Below, piece by piece: positions 12,735-56,990 of a stretch of DNA of 64,000 nucleotides. A model generated the notes under the pieces. It made no database searches. It was not told where the DNA came from and was given only the letters and a program-made list of their open reading frames with translations. The position numbers were made by a program, and so were the translations under genes. The stretch is from Octopus vulgaris. Its lineage: Eukaryota. How positions within the stretch are numbered: position 1 is the first letter of the stretch; each line of letters starts with the position of its first letter. The stretch is taken from positions 151,218,001 through 151,282,000 of the forward strand of contig OX597815.1 of the NCBI GenBank assembly GCA_951406725.2, written 5' to 3'.

Positions 12735-13630
12735 TATTTTATAGTAAAAATTAAATAAAATTAAGTATTTTACAGTGTTCAAGGATTAAAAACAATGTTT
12801 GTTCAAGAAACCTATAATAAAGTATAGAGTTCCATTTATAATAAGGAATATCTGTAATTATTACAGTATGGTCTGTTATAACTTCAGCTGTTTCCACTTT
12901 CTTTATCATCATCATAAGCATTTAATGTGTCTGTCTTCCATGCCGGGATAGGCTGAACAGTTTGACAGGAGCTGGGAGATCAGAGGACTACACCAAGCAC
13001 CACTGTCTGTCTTGGCATGGTCTTTTACAGCTGGATGCCCTTCCAAATGCCAAACTATCAAACTGCATGAGCAACACAAGATGCACTGTTGAAGCATACA
13101 CAAACATGTGTGAATGCATACATAATTTCTAACATATGCATATGTGCAAGACAGCGTTTTCTCTGGAGTGGTGGCAGATGGAGTTGTATGGCTCAATGGT
13201 GTTCAATGCAGATGGTTTGCAGCAGATTTGATATACATGCTCACTGCACACACAGCATGAACAGGATTCCTATGCTGAGCTGAAAACATACTTGATACAA
13301 AGTACAACTACAACATTGTCAGCATAAAAAAGGGTTGTTTTTTCTTTTTAAATTCAATTTAAAATAATGCTTAGTTAGAGAAAGAACAATTTTCTGCTAT
13401 TTATTGTAAAAGAAACCTAAGGGCATGAGTTTATTCAAATTCAAATTCTGTTTACAAAAAGAAAATTGTGTGTGTATGTGAATGTTGATATAAAAATGAA
13501 AGTGCATGTGTGAGTGTATGTATGTATAAATATCTATAAATATATATGTAAATGTTTATTATGTTCAACTGTAATAAAAACAATTTAATTTAATCTGATG
13601 GGTCACTCTATACTTCTGTAGGGTACAAAC

Positions 13631-13757
13631 TTATTCTTATACAAAAATATTGTTGGCAGTAACTTCAACATTTCAGCCAGTTAAGGCATCGTCTGATGGT
13701 GGTTTAACTAGTCAAAACTTCAGAGTCACTGTCAACAAAATTCTTGTTTAAGAATAA
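13631..13757. repeat. Degenerate ~125-bp palindrome centred on a hammerhead-like core (second Penelope-like family)
   Basis: TTATTCTTA..GTTGGCAGTAAC..CCAGTTAA / TTAACTAG..GTCACTGTCAAC..TAAGAATAA; the centre reads CTGATGGTGGTTTAACTAGTCAAAAC. Confidence 0.55.
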
Positions 13758-14196
13758 ATATATGAAAATAAGAGAAGTGGATCAATTCCAATGAAAATAT
13801 ATGAATTTCCAACAGCTCAAATTTTAGGGAATAGGCAAGTTGACTTCAATAATCTCCAGGACTTGACAGTTAAGTTTATATTATCCTCCGTCCCAGAAGG
13901 ATGACAAGTAAAGTTGACCCAGGTAGGATTTGAACACAGAAAGCAAAAAGATGTAACTCATATACCCCAAGATAATTTAGTCAAATTCAAATTCAAATTG
14001 CTTCTACCAATGCCCTGCTCTTATATATAGAAATAATAATAATAGTTATCAAAGAGCATATTATAATGTTTTACATCCAGCCTTGCTCCAGGTACATTGC
14101 ACACACAGTGTGCGAGTGTGTGTATGCATACACAGCTATATGTACTGGATTCAACAAGTTTTAGTGACCAAAATATAAACACATACACACCTTTGT

Positions 14197-14418
14197 GGAG
14201 GCACATGGCTTAGTGGTAAGAGTGTTGGACTCATGATCGTAAGATTGTGGTTTCAATTCCTGGACCAGGCGATGTGTTGTGTTCTTGTGCATAACACTTC
14301 ATTTCACATTGCTCCAGTCCATTCAACTGGGATGAAGAATCCTACGATGGGCCGGCGTCCCATTCAAGAAGGAGTATATATGCCAGAGAAACTGGAAAAC
14401 CGGCCCCGTGTTCCTTGA
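14197..14418 (+). mobile_element. tRNA-derived SINE family D (also ~7297-7530 + and ~28970-29080 -)
   Basis: A-box TGGCTTAGTGG and B-box-like GGTTTCAATTCC, then a CORE-like GTGTTCTTG...CACTT segment. Confidence 0.65.
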
Positions 14419-14548
14419 AGGAGTAATGTGGACTAACTAAACAACTGTCAGTCAGATACATTAAGAGGTTTCAGGTGGTTGTTGTAATTGCTATTGTTAT
14501 TCTATCTTGATTTCGTTTCATTACCTTACATCTGTGCATGTCTTAACT

Positions 14549-15026
14549 CAGGGATCAAAGGGGGTTCAAACGACCCCCTAAGGGTTGGCAAGGAATTACA
14601 GGGGGTTGATGATAGACAAGGAGTTGGCATGTGAAAGACCAGCTCACCCAGATGAACTGCTTGAAATACTTAGTCAGGGCCATGAAACCTGGGAAAACAT
14701 GATGCATTTTTCACATTTTCTAACTGTGAAAACAATTTCATAAAAATTGAAAGTTTAATACTGTATACTCATACACGTAGTTTTAAATGTAAAAAGTATG
14801 CCATCTTCAATAGAATTTCTTAATTTATTGTACATGTGTATCTTAGCAAACATTTTAATTGTCAGCATTAGTACCCGGTATGCATTTAAGATATGGTATG
14901 GTAGGGTAGGGTATTAAGATATTTTAAATGAGGGTGGTGGTCGATGCAGAAGAAGTGGCTAAAGGGGGTTGATGCAGGAGGAGTGGTTAAAAGGGGTCGA
15001 TGGTTGAAAAAGTTTGGCAACCCCTG
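14549..15026. mobile_element. hAT-type MITE
   Basis: CAGGG...CCCTG ends; imperfect 8-bp flanks TCTTAACT/CCTTAATT; internal GGGGTCGAT subterminal repeats. Confidence 0.6.
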
Positions 15027-15457
15027 CCTTAATTAGAGACTCAGAATCAAAAGCATTCAAGCGTTTTTTTTATTTTCTTTTTTCTCAGGCAGTGTAAACA
15101 GGACAACATTGTGTCCTTCCATAATTTCAAGGAGGATAGATAGTATGATATGAGGGAGATTTGACTGCTATTTTAACTGGTCAAGCAACCATACACAGGA
15201 AAGCAGACAGGCTCCCTCTCTCTCTTTGCATTCAAGGTAATAAAAAAAAAGTTTTTTTTAAATTTAATTACTTTTAAATTTGTTTTGCTTGTTTAATCAG
15301 CTGTATCCTTCATTTACTGAAATCATTAAATTATTCAATTTCAAGTGCAGTAGAATGAAAAAAAAAGAAAAAAAAGAAAAAGGAAAAAATTTTAATAAAA
15401 TAGTCAATAAAAAATTTCTTGATGGAAACATAATATATATGTGCATGTGTGTATGCG

Positions 15458-15493
<36 letters not shown>

Positions 15494-15557
15494 TATATAG
15501 GGGGTGTATGTATATGTATGTGTGTGTGTGTATATATATATATAGAAGTGTGTACGT

Positions 15558-15591
<34 letters not shown>

Positions 15592-16436
15592 TCATGATGG
15601 CGAGGCTCATTTCACAGAGAACAAATGTCACAATCAGTCCAATAAAATGCCTCACCATTACAACCAAACTGGATTTTTAATACATAAAAAGACAAAAAAA
15701 AGGTTTCTTTTGACAGAGATTTCTTTTCTTTTCTTTTTTTTTTTTCCTCAAGTTTATTCAGAGTTTGATAGGAAGTTGAAAGGAAGTAAATTGGCTCAAT
15801 CGCATTTAACATTGTGGACTTTGTTTAAGATACCCAAAGACTAAATAAGGGGCAAAGACGATGTTAAATTGGGTGATAGACTATGTCTACCTCCCCACTA
15901 AACAGAGGGAAATGGTCCTTCTGCTTGACTTCCACACGGTTTCTGTTTACCAAATTTAACACTCAAAGTGTTCGTCAATCTGAGGATGTGGTAGAAGATA
16001 TTTGCTTCAGGTGGAGTGCTGCAGGATTGAACCTGAGAACATACATATGCAAAATGGATTTCTTTAACCACAAAAGTGTACTCACACACTTTCTATTAAT
16101 CTAAGTGTATATGTGAGTGTGTGTCAGTATTATGTGTGCATGTGTATATGGCCCATGGGTGTTGTCTGAGTAAGAGCTGTGATAGTATGGTTGGTGCTAT
16201 ACTCTATGCTTTGTAGAGAGGCCAAATCTATTGTTGGCACAGTTACTTGTATGTGCTTGTGTGTCTGTATGTATCTACATATCATCATTTGTACATAATA
16301 ATATTTCACTTAGGCATTGCAAAATCAATAACCCAATGTATTACTCCATATATGTATGTTTCAGAATGAAGTGTTGGCTGAGTATAGAGGAGCAATAAAA
16401 GATGAGAAAGGAATGATTACCTCATGAACTTCATTT

Positions 16437-16513
16437 GCTAACAGCTGTTTCTGCAATAAGATGCAGTGGACTCAGTCAAGTGCATGAATAGAACTTTACA
16501 GCTTCATCAGAGC
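16437..16513 (-). ncRNA. Hammerhead-like motif (third family)
   Basis: GCT-CTGATGA-AGC...GCA-GAAA-CAGCTG-TT-AGC with palindromic stem III ACAGCTGT; stem II poorly defined. Confidence 0.45.
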
Positions 16514-16544
16514 CACAGATATGAAGTGCAATTTATTTGGGAAT

Positions 16545-16739
16545 ACTCTTTTACTTGTTTCAGTCATTTGTCAGTAGCCATGCTAGAGCACCGCTTTTCA
16601 GTCGAGCAAATCGACCCCAGGACTTACTTTTTGCAAGCCTAGTATTTATTCTATTGGTCCTTTTGCCAAACTGCTATGTTATGGGGATGTAAACACACCA
16701 GATTCAGTTGTCAAGCGATATTGGGGGGACAAACATATA

Positions 16740-16778
<39 letters not shown>

Positions 16779-16937
16779 GACAGGCTTCTTTTCAGATTCC
16801 GTCTACCACATCTACTCACAAGGCTTTGGTCAGCCCGAGGCTATAGTAGAAAACGCCCAAGGTGCCACGTAGTGGGACTGAACCCAGAACCATGTGGTTC
16901 GTAAGCAAGCTACTTACCACACAGCCACTCCTATGCT
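16545..16937 (-). mobile_element. SINE family B, near full length
   Basis: tRNA-like head, CORE-like GTGGCACCTTGGGC segment, internal (TA)n, tail ...GACTGAAACAAGTAAAAGAG. Confidence 0.85.
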
Positions 16938-17662
16938 TATATATATACATATATATCATCATCATTTAACGTCTGTTTTAGATGCTGGCATGGGTTGGAC
17001 AGTTTGACTGAGGTCTGGAGAGCTAGTGGCTGCACCAGGCTCCAATCTCATCTGGCAGTTCCTACAGCCCTTCCTAATGCCAACCTCTCTGAGTGTACTG
17101 GGTGCTTTTTACATGCCATTGGCACAGGAGCCAATCAGGCAGGCCTAGTATTGATCATGTTCAGATAATGCTTTTTATATATATATAGTTGAAATTTACA
17201 GAAAAATAAAAGACGAAGACAGGTGTATGAACAACAAGCAGGTATATTAGTTTGATGCTCGGGAAAATGAGAAAGACTTTTATATTTCGAGCCTATGCTG
17301 GTTGTATAGTCACAGGTCATCGCTGATCAAACAGTAAAATGAAGTACAAAGGTGACCAGCTGAAGATTAAGACATGCTTCACTGAAGACTACACTGCCTA
17401 CTCTTCCAACATGCAAGCCATGCATCTTGTGGTGTGGGGATGCAATGCTACAACCTAAACATGTTGCATTTTCATCATTGCCCCGTCTAATTCTGTACAC
17501 CCACAGTCTGCCAGTGAACAAGCAAGGTGGACTTGGTCAGAGGGCAACAGTTGCTACCTTTCTGCTCTATTTGTTGATGCTAGCAGAGTATTTGGGACTG
17601 TTCAGATTAATATGTTGTCGTTATTTCCATATGTGTGTGTGTGTGAAAGGGCTGTCTGTCTT

Positions 17663-18192
17663 TATATTATTTACATTGGATGGATATGTGTCTTCATCAT
17701 CTGTTGTTACCACAACGTTTCGGCTGATTTAATCTCCAGCCTACACCATGTGTCCTGGTAGAATTTTTAACCCAACCCTGGGTTCTCCTTCCTAAGGTAT
17801 TTTTCTTCTGATATTATCATTATTATTATTTATTTAAGGCACTGCCTTGAAATTGAACTCACAATCTTAGGGTTAGTAGCACGCGCTCTTAACCATTATG
17901 CTATATGCTTGTGGGCAATTATAGAGTAATGGTTAAGAGTACGGGCTACTAACACCTAGATTGTGAGTTCAATTCAAGGCAGTGCCTTGAATAAATAATA
18001 ATAAGAATAACATTAGCGGAAAATTACCTAAGGCATGAGGACCCAGGGTTGGGTTCAAAATTCTACCAGGACACCTGATGAAGGCTGGAGAGTAAATCAG
18101 CTGAAACGTTGTGGTAACAACAAACAAGATGAGGACACATATCCGTCCAATGTAAATAATGTACATAATTCATCATCTCTAAAATATAGAAT
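17663..18192. mobile_element. Complete head-to-head palindromic dimer of the tRNA-head/hammerhead element
   Basis: Minus arm 17663-17903 and plus arm ~17920-18192, each with a tRNA-like head (TAATGGTTAAGAG..GCTACTAAC..GAGTTCAATT); plus-arm hammerhead at 18071-18114; only the right arm has the ~31-nt extension. Confidence 0.85.
18071..18114 (+). ncRNA. Minimal type I hammerhead ribozyme motif
   Basis: ACAC-CTGATGA-AGGCTG-GAGAGTAAAT-CAGCT-GAAACGTT-GTGG; core intact. Confidence 0.65.
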
Positions 18193-19270
18193 GGCTGTTT
18201 GTATGTGTTTATGTTTGTCAGGTCTATACAGGAGAGTCAGTTTTCAGTTGATGTAGTACTGCTTTCAGATGTTATATATATATGTATGTATGTATGTGTT
18301 TGTAGTGGGGATTGAAGGTGATATTTCTTCTAGTGACAAGAAATGTAAGATTTTAAAGTTTATCGCAGTAGTAAATTGTATCCTATGCAGTCTTTCCTGA
18401 GTAAGTATTTAAGTACAATTGTGTAAGTGGTCTGTGTACAAGTGTACTTTGCTCTGTGCGTTGTAGAAAGAGGAGGAGGAGGAGGGAAGGATCTATTGTT
18501 TGTGTACACAGCAGTTTCTCTGTTGGCCAAATATGGTAACTGTGATTGTTCAAAATATGTATATTGTTTTATTATGTTTTTGAAGTGCGTTGGGAAGATG
18601 TATGCACTTCTAGCATTTCTGTTTTCAGTATGTGTGTGTGTGTGTGTGTGGTATGTTTATGTTGTGGTACATAATGGTTGTAGTTGATGTCCGCCAGTGT
18701 TGCTGGTAAAGGAGAGACGGGCTTGGTCGGTTCTCCTTTAAGCCTGTTGTTTTGGATTCAGTGTGGAGCAATTGTGTGTGTGAAGAATGACATGAAGTGA
18801 GTATGATGCCATCTGTGTAGGAGACAGTGTGTGAAGGACGAGCATGAAAACATAGGCTGGGAAGATTGGCAGACAGGACGGATCCCAATGATGGTACTTC
18901 ATTTGGAAAGTGGCAAATTCTGGAAGTCTTGTTCTCGCACCACACTATATGGACTCAAAGACCTGACAAAACTTGTTTTCTATCCATAATTTTGTCCTGA
19001 TTTCTAAGATGGTGTTGAGTATATTTGGGTATGAATTTTATTACAGCCAATATATATATATATATAAATATATTTAACATCATTACATGTTTTTCATCAT
19101 CATTAACGTCCGTTTTCCATGCTGGCATGGGTTGGACGGTTTCACAGGAGCTGGCAAGTTAGAGAGCTGCACCATGCTACAATTGTCTGTTTTTGCATGG
19201 CTTCTATCACTGGTTGCCATTCCTAACGCCAACCACTATACAGAGTGTGCTGGGTACTTTTTATGTAGCT

Positions 19271-19301
<31 letters not shown>

Positions 19302-19959
19302 ACGGTTGCCTGATAACACTGCACCCAGTCCACACTGTAAATTGGTTATTGACAGCAATATTAAAAAGGAAAAAAAAAAAATAAAAACCCTACAAGGAGG
19401 AAGGAACAGAGGAGACAGGACCCCATAAATAATGAAAATTGGTCTTTATTGCAAAGTGGCAAAGGATCACGACAAGACCTGTCCAAATGATGCCAGCAAG
19501 GGAGACAAATGCAAAATTATATATATATGTGTGTATGTGTGTATTCATTCTAGCTTAAATATATGTATTCAATATGTGTGTGTATGAGTGTGTATACTAC
19601 CATACTTATTCTATACATGTACAGAAGAGAAAAAAAAATTGATAAAAAAAAAATCCATACTCTCTCATCTTTATTACATTTCCTGCTTGTTATGTTTATA
19701 TTTACACATCAGACTCAGGCTATACCAAGGTCAAGCTTTGCAATAAGCAAAGAACAGACAAAAATACACCACCAAGGTCCAAGATTACAGAGAAATTGTA
19801 GCTTCTTTTATTTATTAATTCTAGAGCCCCAATTTTGTAATAATTAAAAGGACCAAAACACCAGCAGAACCCAATATTGCAGAGAAAAAAGGTGTTGAAA
19901 TTTTTTCAAGCACGATTAAAACATGCATTTTATTTGTTTTTCTTTTTTTTTGGTTCAGT

Positions 19960-51136
<31,177 letters not shown>

Positions 51137-54100
51137 AACCCTCACACTAGCTCAGTGGAGGGTCGCAAAATGGAGGGAGGAGGAAAAAAAAAACAAACAC
51201 CTTGCCAATGATCGGACTATTTCACATCAAGAAATTACTGGAAAAGAAAGAAAAAGCAAACAAATTATTAGTAGACATCATCAACATCAACACCATCATC
51301 TTTGTTCTTACATCCACTTTCCCATGCTGTCAGGAACTGAATGAGACTTCTTGAGGCAGTGTTTTTATGACCCCAATCACTTTCATATTGACACCCTTTT
51401 AGTTGCCTCTTATGACACACAGAACTATGATGTACCTAGTCTAAAAATCAGGATATTTTGCCATTTTGTAATGGATTTGAATTCTGCAGCCATGTTAGGG
51501 TAGCGCCTTAAGTTCAAGAAATCGACCCCAGGACTTATTCATTGTAAGCACTCCAGCATGACCTTGGCCACATGGCTCAAACGAGTAAATGAGTATTATT
51601 TTACACAAAACTATTGTTAATGCTTCATGAATAACATTCTTTGATGTTTGCAAAGATTACATAAACCACAATAGCGTAAATCCCTGTGCATCTGAAGAAA
51701 ACTGTGGGGGATGTCCTTTGATAAGAGATCACAAATTCTTTGAATTAGGGAAGAAGGTAACAAAATCTGGCTTGAGTTTACATGTGCCTGGTCAATTAAT
51801 GATAACAGAGAACTAATACTGTAATTACTACAAGAACACACCTTCCAGTAGATTGCTTCCTTGTGAATATTGAATTAAATAACAACAAATGTTCCTTTCA
51901 TGTGTTTGGCCTCATGGAGGCTAAATGGCTGAGTTTCTTTCAGATGTTGGGCCTCACAGGGGCTAAGTGGATGAGTTCCTTTCAAGTGTTGGGCCTCACA
52001 GAGGCAATGTCCAAAAACTTTGGCATTATGTCATGCTTGAGAAAATCCATCAAGCCAAGCAAAATCGCAGTTGTGGCCGTTACTGGTGTCATGCAAATGG
52101 CACCTGTGCTGGTGGCATGTAAAGGCACCCATTACACTCTCGGAGTGGTTGGCGTTAGGAAGGGCATCCAGTTGTAGAAAACCATGCCATATCAGACTGG
52201 AATCTGGTGCAGCCTTCCACCATGCCAGCCCGGTCAAACCATCCAACCCATGCCAGCATGGACAACAGATGATGATGAAAAGTATAGTCATGGCTGTGTG
52301 GTTAAGAAGTTCCCAGTCACAAGGTCTTGGGTTCCATCCTACTGTATGGCACCTTGGGCAAATTTCCTCTACTGTAGCCTTGAGCCAACCAGAGCTTTGA
52401 GAGTGGATTTGATAGACAGAAACAGAAGCCTATCATTTATAATGTGTATACACATCTATGTGTGTGTGTTTCTTTGTCTTAACATCATGCAAAAGTTGTA
52501 AATGAGAATCACTGTCATATAAGCAGTGTCCCTGATTTCCAATCTTCTATGAAAATATGTTCAACTACGGGGAAGTATTTGCTTTTGGAAACTAGTGATG
52601 ATTAGCAACTGGAAGAGCATCTAGCTACACAAAATTTGCCACAGTGAATTCCAGATTACTCACGCAAGCATGGAAAAGTGAACATTAAAACAATGATGAT
52701 GATGGTAACTTGTTAGAGCCATATTATCAATGCTGTAAAGAAAGTAATAATTGTAATTTCTATTTTAAGAATTACTACCATGTTTTTAGCATTATAAGAT
52801 TCAACACTAAATGAATAAAATTCCTTCATTTTCTATCCAAAACCAATACAAAATCAAATATATATATAAAACAAATGATTAGGCTAACTTACTAAAAGCA
52901 GATTGTTTCTAAATAGCAAAGTCAGATAATGGTAAATACTGTGAAGAAAGGCAGGAGAAAACAATGGAAGACCAAATTCCAGAATGTAAAAAAAAAATAA
53001 AATAAATAAAAAATAAGATAAAATAAACAAAGATCTCTAGGAAACCATTTCTGCAGACCACCACCTGCTGCTTCTCACATAGAAGAATATTGTCAGAGTC
53101 AATATTGGTAGTTCTTTAAATAGTTCTTCAAATGTCTTTCAGTCTTTTACCAATATGCTCATGCTGGCACCATTTCAAGCACTAAGGCATCATTAATAAA
53201 GTAATGCTCATCTAAAAACCTTGAAAAATAATTTTTTCTAAATGGCCTAAATGAATCTAGTGTGTTATAAACACACTAAAAAAAAGTTTATAAGCCAACA
53301 AGAAGGCCATTGTATGGTTACTTTAACTCCTAAAAATAGCAGTCAAACCTCCCTCCTACTCTCACATTTAAAAATGGTACATCAACATCACCAGTTTCAC
53401 ATCCACTCTTTCCATGCCCACATGGGTTGGATGAAATTTGTTGAGGTAGTTTTCTACAGCTGGATGCTATTCCTGTTGCTAACCCACACTTGTTTTGAAG
53501 TAAAGTAATATTACCCCTTAGCCAAACAAGTTTTTGAGGAAAACTAAATACAAAAGACACAGCTTACTCTCTCTTTGCAATGTCAAGGCAAAGAGAGAGT
53601 AAGACACACACATGCTTACACATATATATATATATTTATATATATATATACACACACACACATGTATGCACATGCATACACAGATATATATCATATCAAA
53701 TCAAAACACAATCAAATGTAAATTGTAATTGTAGCCTATGCCAGTGCCACGTGACTAACTCCCTTGCTGGTGGCACGCAATAAGCATCATGCATGCATGG
53801 GTCATTGCCAGTACCCTCTGATTGGCTCCCTGTTCCTGTAGCATGTAAAAAGCACCAACCAAATGTGGTCAACTCCAGCCCCACCGCCCCGACTGGCTCC
53901 TATGCTTGTAGCACGTAAAAAGCAGCATCTGAATGTGGTTGATGCCAGTCCTGCCTGACTGGCTCCCGCGCCAGTGGCACGTAAAAAGCACCCACTGTAT
54001 TCTCAGAGTGGTTGGCATTAGGAAGAGCACCCAACTGTAGAAACACTGCCAGATCAGATTGGAGCCGGGTGCAGCCTCTTGGCTTGCCAGTCCTCAGTCA

Positions 54101-54145
54101 AACTATCCAACCCATGCCAGCATGGAAAATAGACGTTAAACGATG

Positions 54146-54148
<3 letters not shown>

Positions 54149-54190
<42 letters not shown>

Positions 54191-54430
54191 ACACATGTAT
54201 ACATATATACACACATGTATACATATATACACACAGATATATATATACATGCATACATATACACATGCACACACAGATATATATATACATGCATACATAT
54301 ACACATGCACACACAGATATATATATACATGCATACATATACACATGCACACACAGATATATACATGCATACATATACACATGCACACACAGATATATAT
54401 ATACATGCATACATATACACATGCACACAC

Positions 54431-54473
<43 letters not shown>

Positions 54474-54726
54474 TACATACACACACACACATATATATAT
54501 ACATGTATACATATACACACGCACACACACATATATATACATGCATACATATACACACATATACACGCACACACACATATATATACATGCATACATATAC
54601 ACACATATATATATACATGTATACATATACACACACAGATATATATATATACACATGTATACATATACACACATATATACATACATACATACATACATAT
54701 ATACACACACATGTATACATATATAA
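54149..54726. repeat. Complex (TA)/(CA) microsatellite with a ~40-bp higher-order unit
   Basis: GATATATATATACATGCATACATATACACATGCACACACA is repeated about 5 times. Confidence 0.95.
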
Positions 54727-55434
54727 ATCATCATTTAACATCCATTTTCCATGCTAGCATGAACTGGACACTTTGACGGGATTTGACAAGCTGGCATGTC
54801 AACTTTGGAGAATTTTTGGTTCTTGATATTTTTTCTCCCTCTCGTATGGAGCGTGATGTCAATATCTGGTAATTGTGACATCCTCTTGGGGCAGAGATAA
54901 ATTTTAACACAAGATTTATGCTGTGATGTTACCAACACATTTTTTTTTATTATTACATAAGCTCTGTCTTAAGGCCATTTACAAATACATTGTGACATAT
55001 TGCAAACTGAATTTTTAAAAGCTGATTAGCGAGAACACATGTTAACTCAATAATAAAAAAAATTTTTTAAAGAGGGAAAAAAATGTAAATATTGCCATAT
55101 TGATTAAATATCAAAACCTTTAATTACTGGAGTTAAAATATTCATAAGTTAACGTACAATATGCGATTGGTCATCAACCTTATCTTTAAATTAGAATTAC
55201 TGATTGCTTAGAGATGGAAAAATTTGCATAAATTCCTCTTTTGCTTTCAAACTATTTCAGCTTCATTTTGCTTACTCAGTGTGTGTGTGTATGTAAGGTG
55301 CATGACCTACAGGTTAAAGCAGATATTCACAGTCTTTTTATTTTTTTTAATATGTGGGCCAAGTTAAGGAAGCAAGCTGGCAGAAACATTAGCATGTCGG
55401 GTGAAATACTTAGTGGTATTTCGTCTGTCTTTAA

Positions 55435-55655
55435 CCCTTTAATGATTAAACCGGCCAAATCCGGCCCAATATATTCTACATGTTTTATATTCAAACTGGC
55501 GATATCTAGCCTCTCACTCCTAACCTACAATGCCATTTTGAAAATAAACAATGACATCATTGAAACCTCAAAGCTATAAGATAATGCATGATTAATTCAA
55601 AACAATTTGAGTGAAAAAGTATTATATTTAACAGAGTATTCTGAACACTAAAGGG
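55435..55655. mobile_element. piggyBac-type MITE inserted into a family A SINE (related copy ~32520-32750)
   Basis: TTAA-CCCTTTA ... TAAAGGG-TTAA; SINE head at 55368-55434 and body from 55660. Confidence 0.75.
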
Positions 55656-55935
55656 TTAAACCCTGAGTTCAAATTTGCCTTTCATCCTTTCAAGGTCAAT
55701 AGATTAAGTACCAGTTGCGTACTGGGGTCGATCTAATCAACTGGCCCCTACCACAAAAATTTCGGGCCTTGTGCCGAGAGTAGAAAAGAATATAAATTGT
55801 TTTGTTAAGGCAGCAAGCTGGCAGAAACGTTAGCATGCCAGACACTGATATTCAATATATCATCAACAGGAAATTTGGTTGTTTTGTCACTGCTAGATAT
55901 CTGTCACTGAAGAGCTCATAGCAGGGTAAAATTAT

Positions 55936-56990
55936 GGGATCTTTTTACTTTGACCGGCAGATTTAAAAAATAATTTCTTTGTAACTAAACACTTTTAAAC
56001 TTCGTATACTGGTAGAATGTGTTACATAAAACATCTTTTTCTCTTGGCTTTCTTGAGAAAATTCTGTAGTTTGCAAGCTATTTGTTGTTAAATTTCTTGC
56101 ATTTCAGCAGTTTCAACCAATCAAGGACATCTATTGAGATGAATACAATTTCTGCTGTTGCTTGTCAACAACAACTTCTTGCAGTCTCTATTTAGTTTGT
56201 CACTGTTATTTATGACATGTTTCATATCAGTAACATTTGTATGAATAAAAGATTGTGGGGCTAGGGTTTCTTTTTTCTTCAGAAATATAAATAAACCCAC
56301 GTGGGTTTATAAGTGACAGCTATGTAACTAGTACCGAATGATTGCCGAATAATTTAATGAATAAAGGGTATTAATGATGAGAAGCGATAATTAATAAATG
56401 AATGAAACAGTATTACATATAACATTTCATGCATCCAACATAATATAAATTGAATTTATATACATCATAAAAATTGTTTATCTATACATACAATAACTAT
56501 ATTATACATATCTATAAATGTATATTATATAATGATGTGAAAGATGCTGCAAATATAAACATTTTGTGGCCATAAACTGAGGGGTCACTTGTAAACGGAA
56601 CTGGATAACAAAACTGTTCCCTCATTTAGTGTCCACCCATAATTATGACCCCCTCATAATTATGATAATCTCAGGTCCGAGTATCGATCTATTTTATTGC
56701 ATTTCAATCTGTTTCTTAAATGAAATATACACTGCTGGAAGTTCTTGTTGAACTTGTTGACAAACAACAGCAGAAATTGTATTCACCTCAATAGACGTCA
56801 TTGATTGGTTGAAATTGCCAAAATGTAAGAAATTTAACAACAAATAGCTTACAAACTACAGAATTTTCTCAAGAAAGCCAAGAGAAAAAGATGTTTTATG
56901 TAACACATTCTACCAGTATACGAAGTTTAAAAGTGTTTAGTTACAAAGAAATTATTTTAAAAATCTGTTGGTCAAAGTAAAAAGATCCAC
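55936..56990. mobile_element. ~1.05-kb non-autonomous DNA element with ~250-bp TIRs
   Basis: 55936-56195 is the reverse complement of ~56725-56990 (GGGATCTTTTTACTTTGAC.../...GTCAAAGTAAAAAGATCC); ATTAT on both flanks. Confidence 0.9.

Noticed and set aside
54054-54776. Several 150-226 aa ORFs
   Set aside because: They are translations of a TA/CA microsatellite.
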